Made by a program: the position numbers and the translations under genes. This document shows positions 25,001-28,362 of a stretch of DNA of 28,362 nucleotides, one piece after another; within the stretch, counting starts at the first letter, position 1, and every line of letters begins with the position of its first letter. This stretch comes from a virus (lineage: Duplodnaviria; Caudoviricetes). The notes under the pieces were generated by a model that searched no databases, was not told the DNA's origin, and saw nothing but the letters and a program-made list of their open reading frames with translations. The stretch lies in the IMG/VR virus record IMGVR_UViG_3300030095_001066, positions 1 through 28,362 of that record; one strand, 5' to 3'.

Positions 25001-25124
25001 TTTTTTTTCCTTCTTTCTTTTTTTTATTAAATATTATGTCCCAACGCTTCGCATATTCTTTTTGAGATATACCTATATTCCTAGGTTTATCTCCTTTTCC
25101 TACTCCGTTGGGACCCCTAAACAC
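24984..25124 (-). CDS. Small basic protein (46 aa; GKGDKPR...EYAKRWDIIF; not in ORF track)
   Basis: GTG start and open frame; the motif is common in small phage proteins. Confidence 0.7.
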   Translation of the reverse strand: MFRGPNGVGKGDKPRNIGISQKEYAKRWDIIFNKKKKEGKKSGRTE

Positions 25125-25130
25125 TTTTTA

Positions 25131-25370
25131 TTAACCCTTTATTTTCTTGTATTCAACAATATCTGCTTTAAGTTCAGTTACTTTTGCTTCTGCAACTACT
25201 AAGTTTGCTTCTGCTTGTGAAATTGCTTCATCTGCTGATTTTGATTCAGTCCAATCTACCACAGATACATCTTTACCTGCTTCATCTTTCATTGAACGAA
25301 GATGTTTGATTTCAACCATTTTAACTGCACTTGCTGACTCTACTGCTTTTTCTGCTATTTTCTTAGCCAT
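25131..25370 (-). CDS. Hypothetical protein downstream of the tail fibre (79 aa)
   Basis: AGGAG RBS; overlaps the fibre stop. Confidence 0.7.
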   Translation of the reverse strand: MAKKIAEKAVESASAVKMVEIKHLRSMKDEAGKDVSVVDWTESKSADEAISQAEANLVVAEAKVTELKADIVEYKKIKG

Positions 25371-28362
25371 TTTTCTCTCCTAGTTTGAGTTTGAGTTCAT
25401 CTATTTCACACTTCATTTCTTGAATTGCTTTTACTAAATACATATTCAAGTCGTGAGGTGTAAATTGTTTTAAGTCATCGTAGATAACTTTACCATCTAC
25501 AACTAATTCTTTTTCAGATGTTACTGCATCTGGAAAAACTTCTTCATACTCTTGAGCAATAAAAGAGTTATATCTTTGTGAGCCAGAAAGTTCTGGGTTT
25601 GCTTTTAAATAATCTTCTGTATAATTAAAGGAAACTGGTCTTAGTTTCAGTATTTTATCTAAACCATTTTCTATATTCTCTACATTAGTTTTAATTCTTT
25701 TATCAGAAGTGTTAGTCCAAGCTGTTCCTGTGCTTAGTCCTGCAGTTCCAACTACGTCTATCTTATGTGCAGGTGATGAAGTTCCTATCCCAACTCTTTC
25801 TGCACTTGCATCAATATAAAGAAGATTGTCATTAGTATCTCCACAGAAATTAAAATCTCTATCTCTATTATCTTTATTAAAAAATGATACTCTTGGGTCT
25901 GAACCTGATGAAGAAATTTCTAACATATTCTCTCCACCAGAATAAATATTTAATATATCTCCAGAACTTTGTTGTATATAAGTATTACTACCGCCATCTA
26001 AGAAAAGTTTCTGAGTTTCAGGTACTGCAAGTCCATTAGTAAAAGAACAAGCAGCACTATTGTCTGTCAAGAAAGTTGTAACACCACTATCAGCTACACT
26101 AATTTGTAATCTTGTAGAAGCATCATAAGCTATACTTGCTTGATTAGCACCAGTGCTTAGTACTGTAAATTTATTACCAGGTGATGAAGTTCCTATTCCG
26201 ACATTTTGAGAATTATTAATAGTCATAGCAGTAGTATTATTGGTATTTAGGTGCAGACTTGCATTAGCAACATTATTAATAAATAATGCTCCTGTTCCAT
26301 TTTGAACTGACGAATTACTACCATCGTGATATATTAATAAATCATCACTTGCACCAAGTTTTAATTGTTTGCTATCGCTTGGTATTCTTAAATGTTGTGC
26401 TACATCAACATTGGTTGCACTACCATCTAATGTTAGGTAGGCAGTTACTCCACCAGAACCATCATCACAACTCAATATTAAATCTTGGTCATCTTTTTGA
26501 TTTCTAATATGAAGGTTTCCAGTTCCACTATGGTCAATATAAGTATTACTTCCATCGTGATAGAATATTGCATCTGCAGCTTCTCCAACTTGTAGTTGTT
26601 CACTATCGTCAAATCTTAAATCTTTATGAGCTTTAATTCTAACATCTCCACCATCTAATGTTAGATAAGCAGTAGTTCCTCCTGAACCATCATCAGTACT
26701 AAATATAATGTCTGCATCAGTAGCTTCGTTTCTTATCTTGGTATCTCCATTAGCATTTCTGATATATAAATCATCATTAGTTCCCTCGTAGTAAATATAA
26801 GCGTCTGAGTGTGAGCCGAAGTATGCTTTTACATCATCGTTCCAGTATGTATTTTTGTGCATAGATATTAATGTAGCACTACCATCTAATGTTAAGTAAG
26901 CAGTTTCTCCACCACTACCATCATCAGACATTAATATTAAATCACCATCATCAACTTGTTGTACAATGTGCATAGTTCCAGTTCCATTATAGATATAAGA
27001 ATGTCCACCTGTGTGCTTCATATACATATCAAGACTATTACCAGCACCTAATAATATATCATCTCCTACTCTTACATAGTCTGTTCCACCCTCAACCATA
27101 GTTAGCATTTGTTGTCCACCAACTACAAAGTCTAATGTATCTGCTGATGCTTCATAAATATAAGTATCACCACCACCATCAAAGTAAAGTTTTTTGGTAG
27201 CAGTAAGTTTTACATCTTGTGTTATGTTTACAGAAGTAGCACTACCATCTAATGTTAGGTAGGCAGTAGTTCCACCTGAGCCATCATCGGAAAGTAATAC
27301 TATATCTTTATCGTCAGCATTATTATAAATCTGTAAATCGCCTTTTGTGTTATTAATAACAGCATTGGTATCATCGTGATACATTTCAATATCATTATTT
27401 GTTCCAAGCACTAATTTAATACTATCGTTTAATTGTATTTTATCATTTCTTGCATCAATATTAATTATTGAAGTGCTACCATCATTTCTTACATTTATTA
27501 ATCCACCATCTGTTCCACTATAAATATCTACTGCACCTACTGAACCATTGTGTTCAAATCTTGCAATATCGCCACTTGCACCTTTTACTACAAACTTTTT
27601 GCTTGGTGATGTAGTTCCTATACCGACATTACCAGTATGGTCAAGTAACATTCTTTGGTCCATTGTTTGCGATGAAGCAGAGCTATCGGAAGTATAAAAT
27701 CCTATTCCTACTTTATCTACATCACTATCTGTTTGAACAGATGCAATCGCACTTCCTGTTCTCAATGATGAGCTATCTGCTTTACCAAATCCTAATACTG
27801 CTTGAACATTCCCATCTCCATCAGAACCACCACTTCTTAAAAATATTGCTTCTCCTGCGTGAGTATCATTACTTAATGTTGGTGCTGTTGCACTAATAAC
27901 ACTTAAAATATTTCCATCAAAAGTAAGGTTGGCTTCTGCGTTCATAGCGTCTGTACCAGTAGCAGTTACAACATAGTTGTTAGCACCATTAGCCATAAAG
28001 TCAGATACATCAACACTTATAGTAGTGCTTGATATATCTATACCAGTTCCTGCTGTGTCAAGTGTTGCGTCTAACTGCGTTTGAATATTTGATGTTACTC
28101 CATCTACATAGTTTAGTTCAGTTGGAGTTGCTGTAATTACAGTTGTAGAAACTGCGTTTAATAGTGGAATATATCCACTTGCGTTTAATAAATATTGTGT
28201 GTTGTCATCATTGGTAGGGTCAACAATAGATAATATAGTTTCGTTTGCGTCTGCTGTTGCTCCTTCAAATTTAACAGCATTTGCAGCGTTCATTGTAACT
28301 GTATCTACTGTAGTAGTTGTTCCTGCTACGGTTAGTTTAGGAACTAATAATTCTCCTGTGCT
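25363..28362 (-). CDS. Tail fibre/spike with C-terminal peptidase S74 intramolecular chaperone (5'-truncated by the window)
   Basis: SDKRIKTNV...LRPVSFNY...IAQE...YLVKAIQE; VGIGTxSP repeats; the frame stays open from 28293 to the window edge. Confidence 0.9.
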   Translation of the reverse strand, partial: STGELLVPKLTVAGTTTTVDTVTMNAANAVKFEGATADANETILSIVDPTNDDNTQYLLNASGYIPLLNAVSTTVITATPTELNYVDGVTSNIQTQLDATLDTAGTGIDISSTTISVDVSDFMANGANNYVVTATGTDAMNAEANLTFDGNILSVISATAPTLSNDTHAGEAIFLRSGGSDGDGNVQAVLGFGKADSSSLRTGSAIASVQTDSDVDKVGIGFYTSDSSASSQTMDQRMLLDHTGNVGIGTTSPSKKFVVKGASGDIARFEHNGSVGAVDIYSGTDGGLINVRNDGSTSIINIDARNDKIQLNDSIKLVLGTNNDIEMYHDDTNAVINNTKGDLQIYNNADDKDIVLLSDDGSGGTTAYLTLDGSATSVNITQDVKLTATKKLYFDGGGDTYIYEASADTLDFVVGGQQMLTMVEGGTDYVRVGDDILLGAGNSLDMYMKHTGGHSYIYNGTGTMHIVQQVDDGDLILMSDDGSGGETAYLTLDGSATLISMHKNTYWNDDVKAYFGSHSDAYIYYEGTNDDLYIRNANGDTKIRNEATDADIIFSTDDGSGGTTAYLTLDGGDVRIKAHKDLRFDDSEQLQVGEAADAIFYHDGSNTYIDHSGTGNLHIRNQKDDQDLILSCDDGSGGVTAYLTLDGSATNVDVAQHLRIPSDSKQLKLGASDDLLIYHDGSNSSVQNGTGALFINNVANASLHLNTNNTTAMTINNSQNVGIGTSSPGNKFTVLSTGANQASIAYDASTRLQISVADSGVTTFLTDNSAACSFTNGLAVPETQKLFLDGGSNTYIQQSSGDILNIYSGGENMLEISSSGSDPRVSFFNKDNRDRDFNFCGDTNDNLLYIDASAERVGIGTSSPAHKIDVVGTAGLSTGTAWTNTSDKRIKTNVENIENGLDKILKLRPVSFNYTEDYLKANPELSGSQRYNSFIAQEYEEVFPDAVTSEKELVVDGKVIYDDLKQFTPHDLNMYLVKAIQEMKCEIDELKLKLGEKNG
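26419..27288 (-). repeat. Four intragenic repeats encoding DDGSGGxTAYLTLDG (26419-26466, 26647-26694, 26878-26925, 27241-27288)
   Basis: Visible in both DNA and protein; spacings of 228, 231 and 363 bp. Confidence 0.9.

Noticed and set aside
9693-27896. Plus-strand ORFs in the right arm, including 9693..9893 and 10758..10958 as possible immunity genes
   Set aside because: They lie antisense to coupled - strand genes, with shadow composition and no evident RBS.
1-28362. Stop-codon reassignment or alternative genetic code
   Set aside because: Genes tile densely under the standard code, and TAA, TAG and TGA all end genes at coupled junctions.

Overview
This is an AT-rich segment of a tailed dsDNA phage genome, probably a podovirus of a Gram-negative host. 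It resembles environmental/marine phages, but the host cannot be identified from sequence. Two arms converge at about 9.5 kb. The + strand arm (1-9432) is an early/recombination region of small genes, including a Cas4-like exonuclease, an ERF annealing protein, a Holliday-junction resolvase, an SSB-like protein and a winged-helix protein. It is driven by seven copies of an ECF-sigma-like promoter (GGGAAC-N17-GTATAAG) and contains several stem-closed non-coding elements, the largest about 330 nt with its own promoter. The - strand arm (9572-28362) is a late region: a tail fibre with an S74 chaperone (cut by the window edge), a membrane protein/thioredoxin-fold/outer-membrane beta-barrel trio, small basic proteins, a 3TM holin, a tail tubular protein and internal (ejection) proteins. 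The most striking element is at the end of the ejection-protein operon. Two tandem genes share an exact 76-bp leader, carry a pre-toxin-TG-like domain and have divergent ADP-ribosyltransferase-like C-termini, with no immunity gene. They are a candidate polymorphic, virion-delivered effector system. All family calls come from motif recognition by eye; no searches or folding programs were run.
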